DNA from: a virus
Taxonomy: Duplodnaviria > Caudoviricetes
Reading direction: 5' to 3' (one strand)
DNA length: 64,000 bases
Virus record (IMG/VR): IMGVR_UViG_2933330693_000001
Location: 6,748 to 70,747 of that record
The notes under the pieces are model-generated. The model had not been told where the DNA came from, ran no database searches, and saw nothing but the letters and a program-made list of their open reading frames with translations. Position numbers and translations under genes: made by a program. Each line of letters begins with the position of its first letter. The stretch's first letter is position 1. Of the stretch, positions 10,383-19,361 are shown piece by piece.

Positions 10383-10766
10383 GAGACGTTCAGGACGTTT
10401 GGGATGTGCTTAGGATGCGCATCCTAGACGTCTCTGAGCCGGTTGAGCTGCGGAAACGCCGACGGTTAGGACGTCTAGGACATCTAGGACGCGGTGCGCC
10501 TCTGAATCTGAGGGTCCGCGCCGCCATGCATCCGCTGACGATTACGCAGAGCGATGTTCTAAGCGTGGTGCTGAACGTCCTAGATGACCGGCCGAACATC
10601 CTAAACGTCGAGGCTGCGAACGGTGCTAAGCACGTCGCCCCCAAAATACACCTTCAAGATCATTATTACTGTCTGTATATATTCCTGGGCTATTGCCACA
10701 CACAGAGACACCACCCCGCCCCCTCCACACCTCACGGCATCCCAGACGTCCTAAACGTCCTAAGCG
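10383..10766. repeat. Probable replication origin: 9-bp iterons (GACGTYTAG) in opposed arrays, 16-bp palindrome, AT-rich patch
   Basis: gacggttag-gacgtctag-gacatctag at 10461-10487; inverted copies at about 10571-10610 and 10738-10766; TAGGATGCGCATCCTA at 10411-10426; AT-rich at about 10642-10695; directly after the replication gene. Confidence 0.65.
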
Positions 10767-10800
10767 CCTACCCGCAGTCACCAAAACACGGCGGCACACC

Positions 10801-11235
10801 ATGACCACACTCCTCCAAGACCCCCTCTTCGACGACGAACCCGCCACGCCCAAGCCGACCCCCAAGCCCGCACACACCTACGCCCACCCCCGAGCACCCC
10901 GACGCAACCCCGACTTCCGCGCCGAATTCTGCACCCCCATCTGCATCACCTGCGGCAACCCCGAACACCCCGACGGGCGCCAACACTGCTGGCCCACCTG
11001 CTCCACCCTCTGCCAGCACGTCGCCCAACCCCACCGCACCGACGTGTGCCTCACCACCACCCGGGCCGCCGCGCAGATCGTCACCAGCCCGTACAGCGGA
11101 CACACCATCGCCATCGTCCGCGAATGCCCCCACTGCGGACGAGCCCACGCCCACGCACCCACCCCCGGCACACACCACCGCATCAGCGGCTGCCGCCGGC
11201 CCTACATCCTCCACATCCCCGAGGTGACCTCTTGA
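10801..11235 (+). CDS. Cys/His-rich phage hypothetical protein
   Basis: CITC, CPHCGRAHAH. Confidence 0.55.
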   Translation: MTTLLQDPLFDDEPATPKPTPKPAHTYAHPRAPRRNPDFRAEFCTPICITCGNPEHPDGRQHCWPTCSTLCQHVAQPHRTDVCLTTTRAAAQIVTSPYSGHTIAIVRECPHCGRAHAHAPTPGTHHRISGCRRPYILHIPEVTS

Positions 11236-11885
11236 GCAACGACGACCTGATGAGGCAGGCCGGCGCCGTCCACTGTGAGACGCACAGCCGCTGGGAGTGC
11301 TCGAAGAAGTCGAAGCGCCGGCCCGGCGACCGCTGCCACGCGTCGGCGATCCGCGGCACGAACGCATGCCGAACGCACGCCGGCGTGTCCACCGCGGTGG
11401 CGAAGGCGCGCGGCGAGGCCCTGTCGGCGTGGCGTGCGGTGCCGGGCCGCCAGGACGTCAGCCCGGCCGAAGCTGTGATGGCGATGCTGCAGATGTCGTG
11501 GGCGCGGGTGCACATCTACGCCGGGCTGCTCGAGCAGCAGTTGGCGGAGGCGGATCCGACGCGGGGCACCGGGTACGGCGAGGGGCTCGTCGGCCACACG
11601 TTCAGCGCGTCGCCGTCGGTCGGCGTGTACGAGTCGGGCGAGGCTGTCCGCGGGCTCGCTCAGCTTGAGGCGGCCGAGCGGGACCGGTGCGTCCGGTACG
11701 CGAAGACGGCGCACGACATGGGGATCGCCGACCGGGAGATCCGCTTGGCCGAGGCTCAGGGCGCGCTGCTGGCTGGGGCCATCTCGCGCATCTTGGACGG
11801 GCTGGAGTTGTCCGCGGCGCAGCGGGCGCTGGTGCCGACCATCGTGCCCGGCGTGCTGCTCGAAGTCGCCGGAGGTGCGTCATGA
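11232..11885 (+). CDS. HGGxSTG-like Zn-finger protein, candidate terminase small subunit
   Basis: CSKKSKR...CHASAIRGTNACRTHAG, then a helical region like genes that commonly precede terL in actinobacterial prophages; TTG start inferred. Confidence 0.5.
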   Translation: MSNDDLMRQAGAVHCETHSRWECSKKSKRRPGDRCHASAIRGTNACRTHAGVSTAVAKARGEALSAWRAVPGRQDVSPAEAVMAMLQMSWARVHIYAGLLEQQLAEADPTRGTGYGEGLVGHTFSASPSVGVYESGEAVRGLAQLEAAERDRCVRYAKTAHDMGIADREIRLAEAQGALLAGAISRILDGLELSAAQRALVPTIVPGVLLEVAGGAS

Positions 11886-12253
11886 GCGTCGGAGGGTTCG
11901 AGCCCATCGCCGTTTACGACGTTCGCGACCGCTGGTGGATGGACGAGCCCACTGCTCACGATCGGCTGCTCACCTGGCTGCGCTCGTACGAGGTGGACCC
12001 CACCTACACGCGGCGCTTCGAGGTCTACCTCATCGACTGCCCGTCGCTGCGCGTCTACGACCTCGCCCTGGACGAGCACGGCCAGCCGTACCGGGACGGG
12101 CCGGGGATGGCGCTGCGTGAGCCGTACGACGTGCTGCTGCGGGACTTGCCGCCGGAATGTCCGGGCCGGCCGAGCCCCCGCCCGCCTGGCGCCCTCCGAC
12201 TCCTGCACCGGCGCGCGGCTGAGAGCGATTCTCCCGACCCCCACGCTCCGTAG
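11882..12253 (+). CDS. Phage hypothetical protein
   Basis: Coupled ATG, high-GC3 frame. Confidence 0.5.
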   Translation: MSVGGFEPIAVYDVRDRWWMDEPTAHDRLLTWLRSYEVDPTYTRRFEVYLIDCPSLRVYDLALDEHGQPYRDGPGMALREPYDVLLRDLPPECPGRPSPRPPGALRLLHRRAAESDSPDPHAP

Positions 12254-12371
12254 CCCGCGCCCGCCCCGAAAACCCGCCCACGACCACTACAGCGCCGCAC
12301 AGATGCATCCTGAGCGATGCTGTGGAGCACAGCACAGCCCGATCGTCCGCGCATCATCGAGAAGAGGACCA

Positions 12372-12641
12372 GTGACCGACCACGACACCGTCGAGACCTT
12401 CGACGGCAGCCACATCACCCGCATCCCCCACGGGTGGCCGACCGCCGACCACACCCTCATCGCCACCGCCGAGCTCGACGACCTCCGCCAGCGCATCACC
12501 CTGGCCCGCGACCGCCACCCCTCGCCGGACGAGCTCGCCAAGCAGAACGCCCAGTCCGGCCGGTACTGCCCGACCTGCATCACCCTCGCCCCCTGCGACA
12601 CCCGGCAGATCCTCGACGGCAAGGAGCCCGACCATGCCTGA
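12372..12641 (+). CDS. Phage hypothetical protein (CPTC...PC motif)
   Basis: GTG after GAGG RBS; YCPTCITLAPCDT. Confidence 0.55.
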   Translation: MTDHDTVETFDGSHITRIPHGWPTADHTLIATAELDDLRQRITLARDRHPSPDELAKQNAQSGRYCPTCITLAPCDTRQILDGKEPDHA

Positions 12642-13158
12642 CACCCCCCAGACCCGCGCGCCGTACCGGATCCTGGTCACCGGCTCCCGCTCGTGGACTG
12701 ACTGGAGCACCGTCTGGACCGCCCTCGAAGACGCCATCGAGCAGGCACACCAGCAGGGCCACCGCGAATACGTGATCGTCCACGGCGGAGCGCAGGGCGC
12801 CGACCGCATCGCCGCCGACTTCTGCGAAGACCAGGCCGGCTGGTACGACAACGCCGACCAGACGCTCGCCGTCGAGCACCACCCCGCCGACTGGGCCACC
12901 TGCGCCCCCACCTGCCGCCCCGGCCACCGCCGCGCCCGCCGCGACGGCACCACCTACTGCCCGACAGCCGGGCTGCGCCGGGACGCCGCGATGGTGGCCC
13001 TGGGCGCGAACGTGTGCATCGCGTTCATCGACCCATGCACGAAACCGGGCTGCCGGAAGATCAAGCCGCACGGCTCCCATGGCGCATCCCACACCGCCGA
13101 TCTCGCGGAGAACGCCGGCATCCTTGTCCGCCGTCTTGAGGAGAAGGTTCATGCCTGA
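12634..13158 (+). CDS. SLOG-family (DUF2493/YspA-like) protein
   Basis: RILVTGSRSW...VIVHGGAQGAD...AGLRRDAAMV. Confidence 0.8.
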   Translation: MPDTPQTRAPYRILVTGSRSWTDWSTVWTALEDAIEQAHQQGHREYVIVHGGAQGADRIAADFCEDQAGWYDNADQTLAVEHHPADWATCAPTCRPGHRRARRDGTTYCPTAGLRRDAAMVALGANVCIAFIDPCTKPGCRKIKPHGSHGASHTADLAENAGILVRRLEEKVHA

Positions 13159-13309
13159 GCCAGCCGCGACGCTCTGTACCGGCACGGTCACCGTCTCCTG
13201 GGCCGACCTCGACCTCGTCATGAACCACGCCGGCAACCCGCAGCGCATCGCCGAGTACCCGGCCGCCTGCCAGCGCATCCGCGACGCCCTCGCCCGGGAG
13301 CAGCCGTGA
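13151..13309 (+). CDS. Small hypothetical protein
   Basis: ATG after GAAGG; coupled. Confidence 0.45.
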   Translation: MPEPAATLCTGTVTVSWADLDLVMNHAGNPQRIAEYPAACQRIRDALAREQP

Positions 13310-13566
13310 ACCACGCCTATGTCGCCACCGTCGGCACGGGCCCGGACGGGCCTGGCTGGCAGCTCATGGGCCACGTCGCCGACGATGGGCTCGTCATCAT
13401 CGACGACCTCCCCCATGCCGACCTCATCCGATGGCCGGTCCGCATATCGCTGACCCTCACCTCATCCGCATCCCGGCTCACCTGGTGGCGGTGGCAGCTC
13501 ACCACCGGCAGGCCCGGCCCCGGAGCGTCGCGGGTGAAGCGCGAGTACCGGAGGCGGCGCCGATGA
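13306..13566 (+). CDS. Hypothetical protein
   Basis: Coupled ORF. Confidence 0.45.
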   Translation: MNHAYVATVGTGPDGPGWQLMGHVADDGLVIIDDLPHADLIRWPVRISLTLTSSASRLTWWRWQLTTGRPGPGASRVKREYRRRRR

Positions 13567-13799
13567 ACCGCACCGCCCGGATCGCGGTGCACCTGACCAT
13601 CCTCGGCCTCATCGCCGACCTGGCCTACGTCCTGGCCCACGCCGCCGTGTTCTTCCTCCTCGACGGCATGTGGCTGGAGAGCGTCGCCTACCTTGCGGTC
13701 GGCAGCACCACGATTGCCTGGATCTCCACCACCGGAGCGAGCCGCACCCGCGCTCTGCTCTCCGAGGACAGCCACACCAGCACCGATCAGGGGGAGTAA
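13563..13799 (+). CDS. Small membrane protein
   Basis: Two hydrophobic segments. Confidence 0.5.
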   Translation: MNRTARIAVHLTILGLIADLAYVLAHAAVFFLLDGMWLESVAYLAVGSTTIAWISTTGASRTRALLSEDSHTSTDQGE

Positions 13800-13801
13800 G
13801 C

Positions 13802-14554
13802 ATGCCGATCAACCCGAACGCCTGCCCCGGCGTGTGCAACCGCGCCGCGCGCGCCGCCTGGACTTCCTACGACCAGGCGCTCGCCGACCACGCCGAGGCC
13901 ATGACCGCGTGGCTCGCCACCCCCGGCGACGACCGCGGCCAGCGCCCCGAGCCGCCCGAGCAGCCCACCATCCCCGTGCCGCTCGGCGACCCTGTCTGGG
14001 ACCACCGCTGCGCCCGCCTCATCCGCGCCGCCCTCGCCGAAATCGACGACACCGCGGCACTCCTCGCCGCCAGCATCGACGGCCACCGCGGCAGCGCGCC
14101 CGCCGGCCCCAACGGTGTCGCCGCCCCGTCGCACCTCTCCATCGTGAACACCCTCGACGAGCTGTACGGGGCGCTCAGCATGGTGGAGGGCCAGTGGCGG
14201 GAGTACCGCCGCTACCCCGACCGGCCGCGCCGGGCCCGCGGCACCCACGCCCGCACCCTCACGGTGGGCTGGCTGCTGGGCGAGCTCGACGACATCCTGC
14301 TCCACCCCGGGAGCGTCGATTTCGGGCTCGGCGTGTTGGGCTGGCAGGCCAGGCTTCGGAAGATGACCAAGTCGGATCCGGTCTCGACGATGTCGCCGAT
14401 CCGGTGCCCCCGCTGTAGCGAACGGCAGGTGCGGCGCAAGGACGATGGCTACTACGAGTGCGCCTGTGGCAGGCTGCTGAACCAGTCGGAGCACGATGCC
14501 GAGTACGCGCGGCAGGCGGACGAGCACGAGCAGCAGGAGGTCGGAGCGTCATGA
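13802..14554 (+). CDS. Zn-ribbon protein, possible late-gene activator
   Basis: Helical region followed by CPRC...ECAC; located at the end of the early operon. Confidence 0.55.
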   Translation: MPINPNACPGVCNRAARAAWTSYDQALADHAEAMTAWLATPGDDRGQRPEPPEQPTIPVPLGDPVWDHRCARLIRAALAEIDDTAALLAASIDGHRGSAPAGPNGVAAPSHLSIVNTLDELYGALSMVEGQWREYRRYPDRPRRARGTHARTLTVGWLLGELDDILLHPGSVDFGLGVLGWQARLRKMTKSDPVSTMSPIRCPRCSERQVRRKDDGYYECACGRLLNQSEHDAEYARQADEHEQQEVGAS

Positions 14555-14814
14555 GCACACCACAGTTCGGCAGCCTGGAGTGGCAGCAGCAAGTCCGCAA
14601 CGGGCTCGAGCGCGCCTCACGCCAGCTCAACGAAGCGCTCGAGCAGACGGGCCGCATCCTCGCCGCCCAGGGCGCGATGGGGTGGGCGTTGCGCGGCGAC
14701 CTCGAAGCCACCCGCACAGCGCTCTACGGCATGAGCCCGGATCGGCTGCGTGAGATGTCCGCCGCCGCGGCCATGCTGGCGGCCCTGGCCGACGAGGAAC
14801 TGAGCGCCAGGTGA
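14551..14814 (+). CDS. Hypothetical helical protein
   Basis: Coupled ATG. Confidence 0.5.
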   Translation: MSTPQFGSLEWQQQVRNGLERASRQLNEALEQTGRILAAQGAMGWALRGDLEATRTALYGMSPDRLREMSAAAAMLAALADEELSAR

Positions 14815-15380
14815 GCGACATCGAGAATCTCCTGACCGCCGTCGAGCGCATCGACTGGGCGAGGGTCGAGCACACGAGCGACGAGGAGCATTACGGCGAC
14901 TGGCTCTGGATCGACGGCAAAGTGCAGTTGGCGAGCGGCCTCGACGAGCAGGCCGTCGTCGAGTTCATGCAGCACGCCCCCGCCGAATTGCGGCGGCTCA
15001 TCGCCAGGGACACGACCGTAACGAGTGGACTCGACTGGATCCAGCAGCGCCTCGGCAACCTACAAAGGCTCGCCGATTCTGTGGAAGCCATGATTCGGGC
15101 GCCGCACGATACCCGCGGGCCGGCGGGTTCTGCGATGTGGAGGCTGACGCTCGAATGCGGTCACTTCCGCCTCGACGGCCCGTGGGACGTCGACGAGCCG
15201 CAGCGCCACATGATCGGCGACATGACGTTCTACGAGGTGTGCCCCAGGCGGGCCAGCGCCGAGGGCGAGGTGATGCTCGTCCGGCAGATCGTCAACGTGG
15301 AGCGTGTGCCCATCGACCAGTACCGCGGGCCGGACGCGCGCGCGGACGCCGAGCGCAGGGAAGGACTGGGGCTCCAATAG
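14811..15380 (+). CDS. Hypothetical protein
   Basis: Coupled GTG start; LTLECGH motif. Confidence 0.5.
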   Translation: MSDIENLLTAVERIDWARVEHTSDEEHYGDWLWIDGKVQLASGLDEQAVVEFMQHAPAELRRLIARDTTVTSGLDWIQQRLGNLQRLADSVEAMIRAPHDTRGPAGSAMWRLTLECGHFRLDGPWDVDEPQRHMIGDMTFYEVCPRRASAEGEVMLVRQIVNVERVPIDQYRGPDARADAERREGLGLQ

Positions 15381-15388
15381 AGATCGTT

Positions 15389-15424
15389 TTCGCTACATGA
15401 GAATGTCTGTTATCAGGTAGCGAA
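15389..15424. other. dif/lox-like tyrosine recombinase site
   Basis: TTCGCTACATGAGAA-tgtctg-TTATCAGGTAGCGAA: 15-bp inverted arms (13/15) around a 6-bp spacer, just upstream of a Xer-like gene. Confidence 0.65.
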
Positions 15425-15474
15425 CCGGCGTAGCCTTGTGTCACGCGGATCCCCCCTTCGAAAGAAGACCACCA

Positions 15475-16506
15475 GTGATCCATGACGCACTCGCCCCCCT
15501 CGCCGACACGCCCACCCCGTTACGCGGCCGCCCACCCGCCCGAGACGACCAGACCCTCGTCGACCTCATGCACGCCGCCGGGCTGTCCCCGCTCGCCGTC
15601 GCCTCCACCGCGGCATGGCTCGACGGCGAGAAACGGGCCAGCCCCCGCACCCGCCAGTACTACGTGACCGACCTCGGCTGGTGGCTCACCTACCTCCACG
15701 CCCGCAGGCTCGACCCCGCCGACGTCCACCCGCTCGAAGCCGACCGGTACGCGGCAGCCATACGCGCGGCTGGGCTCGCCGACTCCACCCGCGCGCGCCG
15801 CCTCGCCGCCGTCTCCTCCTGGTACCGCTACCTCGTCCGCGCCGGAGCCGCCCAACGCAACCCGCTGCTCGACATGGAGCGGCCCGCCGTCGAGGACGTG
15901 TCCAAGACCCGCAGCCTGTCCAAGGACGAGCTCGACCGGATGCTCGCCCACGCCCGCCAGTACGAGACCGCCCGCACCTACGCGCTGCTGTGCCTGCTCG
16001 TCGTCACCGCCTGCAGGGTCGGGGGGGTCGTCGCCGTCGAGACGGGGGCGCTCGGCTACGACAAGGGGAACCGGGTCATCGACCTGCCGGTCAAGGGCCG
16101 CGGCGGGACGAAGACGAAGCGGTTCATCGTCCCGCCGTACGCGTCCGTCGCCCTCGACGCCTACCTGGCGGAGCGCGGCCCGGCGCCGGGCCCGCTGTTC
16201 AGCACCGCGACTGGCCGGCCGATCGACCAGCCGTACGTGTACCGGCTCGTCCGCCGCATCGCCAAGGCCGCGGGCGTCCCCCAGTGGGACGGCCTGTCAC
16301 CCCACTCGGTGCGGCACTCGATCGCCACCTACCTGCTGGAGAAGTACCCGCTGCACGTCGTGCAGGATCTGCTCGGCCACGCTGACCCGCGCACCACGCG
16401 CCGCTACGACCGGGCCCGCGGCCTGCTCGACCGGTCGCCGGCGTACGCGCTCGGCGCCGAGTTCGCCCAGGGCGAGGCCCGCCATCTTGGTAAGGAGACT
16501 TCATGA
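15475..16506 (+). CDS. XerC/D-like tyrosine recombinase
   Basis: STRARRLAAVSSWYRYL; catalytic TACR, VKG, PHSVRH, LLGH, TTRRY. Confidence 0.9.
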   Translation: MIHDALAPLADTPTPLRGRPPARDDQTLVDLMHAAGLSPLAVASTAAWLDGEKRASPRTRQYYVTDLGWWLTYLHARRLDPADVHPLEADRYAAAIRAAGLADSTRARRLAAVSSWYRYLVRAGAAQRNPLLDMERPAVEDVSKTRSLSKDELDRMLAHARQYETARTYALLCLLVVTACRVGGVVAVETGALGYDKGNRVIDLPVKGRGGTKTKRFIVPPYASVALDAYLAERGPAPGPLFSTATGRPIDQPYVYRLVRRIAKAAGVPQWDGLSPHSVRHSIATYLLEKYPLHVVQDLLGHADPRTTRRYDRARGLLDRSPAYALGAEFAQGEARHLGKETS

Positions 16507-17039
16507 ACGAAGTTCCGGTGAACGCCGCTCGTGTCGGCTACCTGTGCGCCTCGCCGGCCTCGCCGATCCGCGACATCTATCGGGCCGACCTCGTTGCGGC
16601 AGGGTGCATACGCGTATACGAAGACACCCCTGGCCCAGAGCGCCCCGAGTTCGACCGGGCGCTGAATTGGCTACGTAGTGGTGATGAACTGCTGGTCTGG
16701 CGGGTCAACCAATTGCCCAGCGCATGGGACCAGCGCTACAGCGGGCTTCTCAACGATCTCAAAGCCAGGAGTGTGGTACTGGTGAGCCTTCTGGACGGGT
16801 TGAGCACTGTCAGGCCCAACGGTGACCTGTGCGTCAACCTCGCCTGGGCTCAGGCAGACCAGGAGCGAGCGGTGTTCGAGCGGCTGATACAGGCTGGCCA
16901 CTCAGCCGAGCATGCTGTGCAGCTCCTGATGGGTCATCTGTACGCCTCAGAGTCCGACTCTGAGCCATCGACGCCGGATTCCATCGAGCGGATCGCTGCG
17001 GTCAGGGCCGGCACGATGAAGGTGGGCGTCGATGGCTGA
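16503..17039 (+). CDS. Serine resolvase-like protein with degenerate catalytic motifs
   Basis: VGYLCAS...LVAAGCIRVYED...ERPEFDRALNWLRSGDELLVWRVNQL matches the resolvase N-domain; lower GC. Confidence 0.7.
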   Translation: MNEVPVNAARVGYLCASPASPIRDIYRADLVAAGCIRVYEDTPGPERPEFDRALNWLRSGDELLVWRVNQLPSAWDQRYSGLLNDLKARSVVLVSLLDGLSTVRPNGDLCVNLAWAQADQERAVFERLIQAGHSAEHAVQLLMGHLYASESDSEPSTPDSIERIAAVRAGTMKVGVDG

Positions 17040-17382
17040 CCGCGACCCCATGGCCGAAGCCGCCGCGCTCGCCGAAACGCTGCGCTCCACCATCGCTGAC
17101 CTCGACGCCCACATCGAACGGCGCGCCCGAGAGATCGCCGAGCGCCGCCCCCCAACCGTGTCCGACGCCATGCTGGAAGCAATGGGGAAGATTGAGGCCG
17201 CCGGCGAAACGATGCGGCAGCACATGCTGGAGAAGGTTCCCGAGGGAGAGGGGCAGGACTTTCTCGCGGCGATGCCGCCGATCAAGTGGAAGTGGACCGC
17301 AGCCCAACTGTTGATGGACATCTGCGACGAGGAGCGCAGGCAGCACGAGAAGCGAGAGGGTGGCAGCGGTGCAACCGGGTGA
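17032..17382 (+). CDS. Hypothetical helical protein
   Basis: Overlapping ATG; plausible coding frame. Confidence 0.5.
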   Translation: MADRDPMAEAAALAETLRSTIADLDAHIERRAREIAERRPPTVSDAMLEAMGKIEAAGETMRQHMLEKVPEGEGQDFLAAMPPIKWKWTAAQLLMDICDEERRQHEKREGGSGATG

Positions 17383-17643
17383 CGTGATCCGAATGACCTG
17401 GGATAATGGATCTCATGACGGATATCGACACGCTCGCCTGCGACGTGCACCCTGTCGCTGACGGCGTGCTCGTCATCCCGCTGCTGCTGCCCATCGCCAT
17501 CCCCGAGTCCGCCTTGGGATTGAGCGTCCGGGAATGGCTCGGCTTGCCCGCCTGACCAGCGGCATGTAACACTACGCGCAGACGGAACACGAATGCCCTC
17601 ACGCACCTCGCGGAGGGCATTCCGCATTCTCAGGGGGTGCGCC

Positions 17644-17883
17644 TTGAACCCCGAACCCGTCACCGCCGTCACCGCCGCCCGCCGCCTGAAGCGGCAGCCG
17701 GTCACCATTCGACAGTGGGCGCGCCGCTACCAGGCCGCCCAACTCGGCAAGGACGGCCGGCAGGTGTTCTACGACTTCCGGGACCTGGCCACGATCGACG
17801 CCTGCATCTACCGCGGCGAGCCAGTCCCCGAGACGCCGCAGGCCCGTGCCGAGCTGCGCGACCGGTACCGGGCCGCCGCCTAG
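17644..17883 (+). CDS. Small HTH DNA-binding protein
   Basis: VTAVTAARRLKRQPVTIRQWARRY; TTG start after GGGGG. Confidence 0.6.
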   Translation: MNPEPVTAVTAARRLKRQPVTIRQWARRYQAAQLGKDGRQVFYDFRDLATIDACIYRGEPVPETPQARAELRDRYRAAA

Positions 17884-18221
17884 ACCTTGAACCGTTCGAT
17901 CCTCGCAAGGTGCTCGTCGTCGGCGGGTTTGATGAGCCACCAGCCGACCGGCGGCACCTGGTGCAGCAGCACCTGCTCGTGGTCGGGCAGCCCGAACTGG
18001 GAGCCGTCGAGGTCGACGAGGTAGGCGTGCAACTCGATGCGCGGTCGCATCGGCCGGCCGTGCTCGTCGCGGTCGCCGGGCAGCACCTTGGGGGCGATGT
18101 AGCGGGCGTGGACGTGGGCGACGCTCCAGCGGTGGATCGGGTCACCGTGCGGTGCCACCCAGCCGCCCGGCTCGGCGGGGTTGTGCGGCCAGTTGTGCAG
18201 GTCAACCCGACTCGACTCCAT
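17880..18221 (-). CDS. Hypothetical protein (counter-oriented)
   Basis: High-GC3 frame on minus strand, convergent stop overlap. Confidence 0.45.
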   Translation of the reverse strand: MESSRVDLHNWPHNPAEPGGWVAPHGDPIHRWSVAHVHARYIAPKVLPGDRDEHGRPMRPRIELHAYLVDLDGSQFGLPDHEQVLLHQVPPVGWWLIKPADDEHLARIERFKV

Positions 18222-18269
18222 TCAGCCATTCTCGTACATCCGTTCGACCGATCGCCACGGAGGTCACCC

Positions 18270-18839
18270 ATGCCGCTCCCCGACCTCGGGCAGGCCACCA
18301 CCCACTGGCTGATCGACCGGTGGGACGCCGACCAGACAGCGTGGGTGCAGCGCGCGAGCGGCATCCACACGCCCGACGCCGCCGTGTTCCGGCAGTTCGG
18401 CGTCCAGCCGTACAACTCCAGCGACCACCTCGGCAACGCCGTTCTCAGCGCCGGCTGGCTGCGCATCCTCACCCTGGCCATCGGCGGCGGCGGGCAGGCA
18501 TGGGACGCCACCCACTCGCGGATCGGCGTCGGCGACGGCGCCACCGCGGTCACCACCGCCGACACCACGCTCACCGGCTCCACCAACAAGTACTTCAAGC
18601 TGGTGTCCGGTGCGCCGACGGTGGGTGTCGGAGCTGGGCCGCCCACCAGGACCCTCACGTTCGCGGCCACGTTCGGCGGCGCGGTCGCCAACTTCGTGTG
18701 GGCCAAGTTCGGCATCGACCAGGGGACAGCGGACGGAACCACCGAAACGGCGACCCTGCTCAACGCCGCCGTGTCCGCTCAGGGAACCAAAGCCGCAGGT
18801 CAGACCTGGTCGGCAACGGCCGTCGTCAGTTTCACGTAG
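18270..18839 (+). CDS. Virion accessory/minor structural protein (cassette A, gene 1)
   Basis: GGAGG RBS; NAVLSAGW...RIGVGDG...TFAATFG...ANFVW; Gly/Thr-rich beta protein. Confidence 0.6.
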   Translation: MPLPDLGQATTHWLIDRWDADQTAWVQRASGIHTPDAAVFRQFGVQPYNSSDHLGNAVLSAGWLRILTLAIGGGGQAWDATHSRIGVGDGATAVTTADTTLTGSTNKYFKLVSGAPTVGVGAGPPTRTLTFAATFGGAVANFVWAKFGIDQGTADGTTETATLLNAAVSAQGTKAAGQTWSATAVVSFT

Positions 18840-18842
18840 ATC

Positions 18843-19352
18843 ATGGCGACCGTACGGCTCTACCTCGCCCCCGAAGAAGCCGCGTTCGCCAGCACCGCGT
18901 TCCCCCAGTACCAGCGGAACGCGGGCACCAACTTCCCCGTCACCGGCCTCGCCTTCGACGGCGCCGGAACCACCGCCGAGCGCGCCTACTGGAAGTTCGA
19001 GCCCGCCGCCTACGGCTCCGGCAGCATCACCTGCGACATCATCTTCTACAACGACGCCTCCACCGCAGGAGCCTGCGTGTGGGAGGCCGCGCTCGCCGCG
19101 ATCACCCCCGAGACCGACACCCAGGACGTCGAAAACAAGAGCTTCGCGACCGCGCAGCAGGTGACGAAGGCTCACCCCGGCACCACCGCGCAGCGCCTCC
19201 AGCGGGCCACGATCACGATCTCCAACCTCGACAGCATCGCGGCCGGGGACGAAGCGTGGCTGCGCATCTCCCGACTGCCCAACGACGGCGCCGACACCTC
19301 GACGGCGGACGTGATCCTCACCAGCGTGCGGCTCAGCTACTCCGACACGTAG
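18843..19352 (+). CDS. Beta-sandwich virion-associated protein
   Basis: LAFDG...AGDEAWLRISR...VRLSY. Confidence 0.55.
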   Translation: MATVRLYLAPEEAAFASTAFPQYQRNAGTNFPVTGLAFDGAGTTAERAYWKFEPAAYGSGSITCDIIFYNDASTAGACVWEAALAAITPETDTQDVENKSFATAQQVTKAHPGTTAQRLQRATITISNLDSIAAGDEAWLRISRLPNDGADTSTADVILTSVRLSYSDT

Positions 19353-19361
19353 GAGGACGCC

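Noticed and set aside
10331-10804. 157-aa ORF after the primase
   Set aside because: Its DV/LDV periodicity comes from the 9-bp DNA repeats and codon usage is atypical; better explained as an origin.
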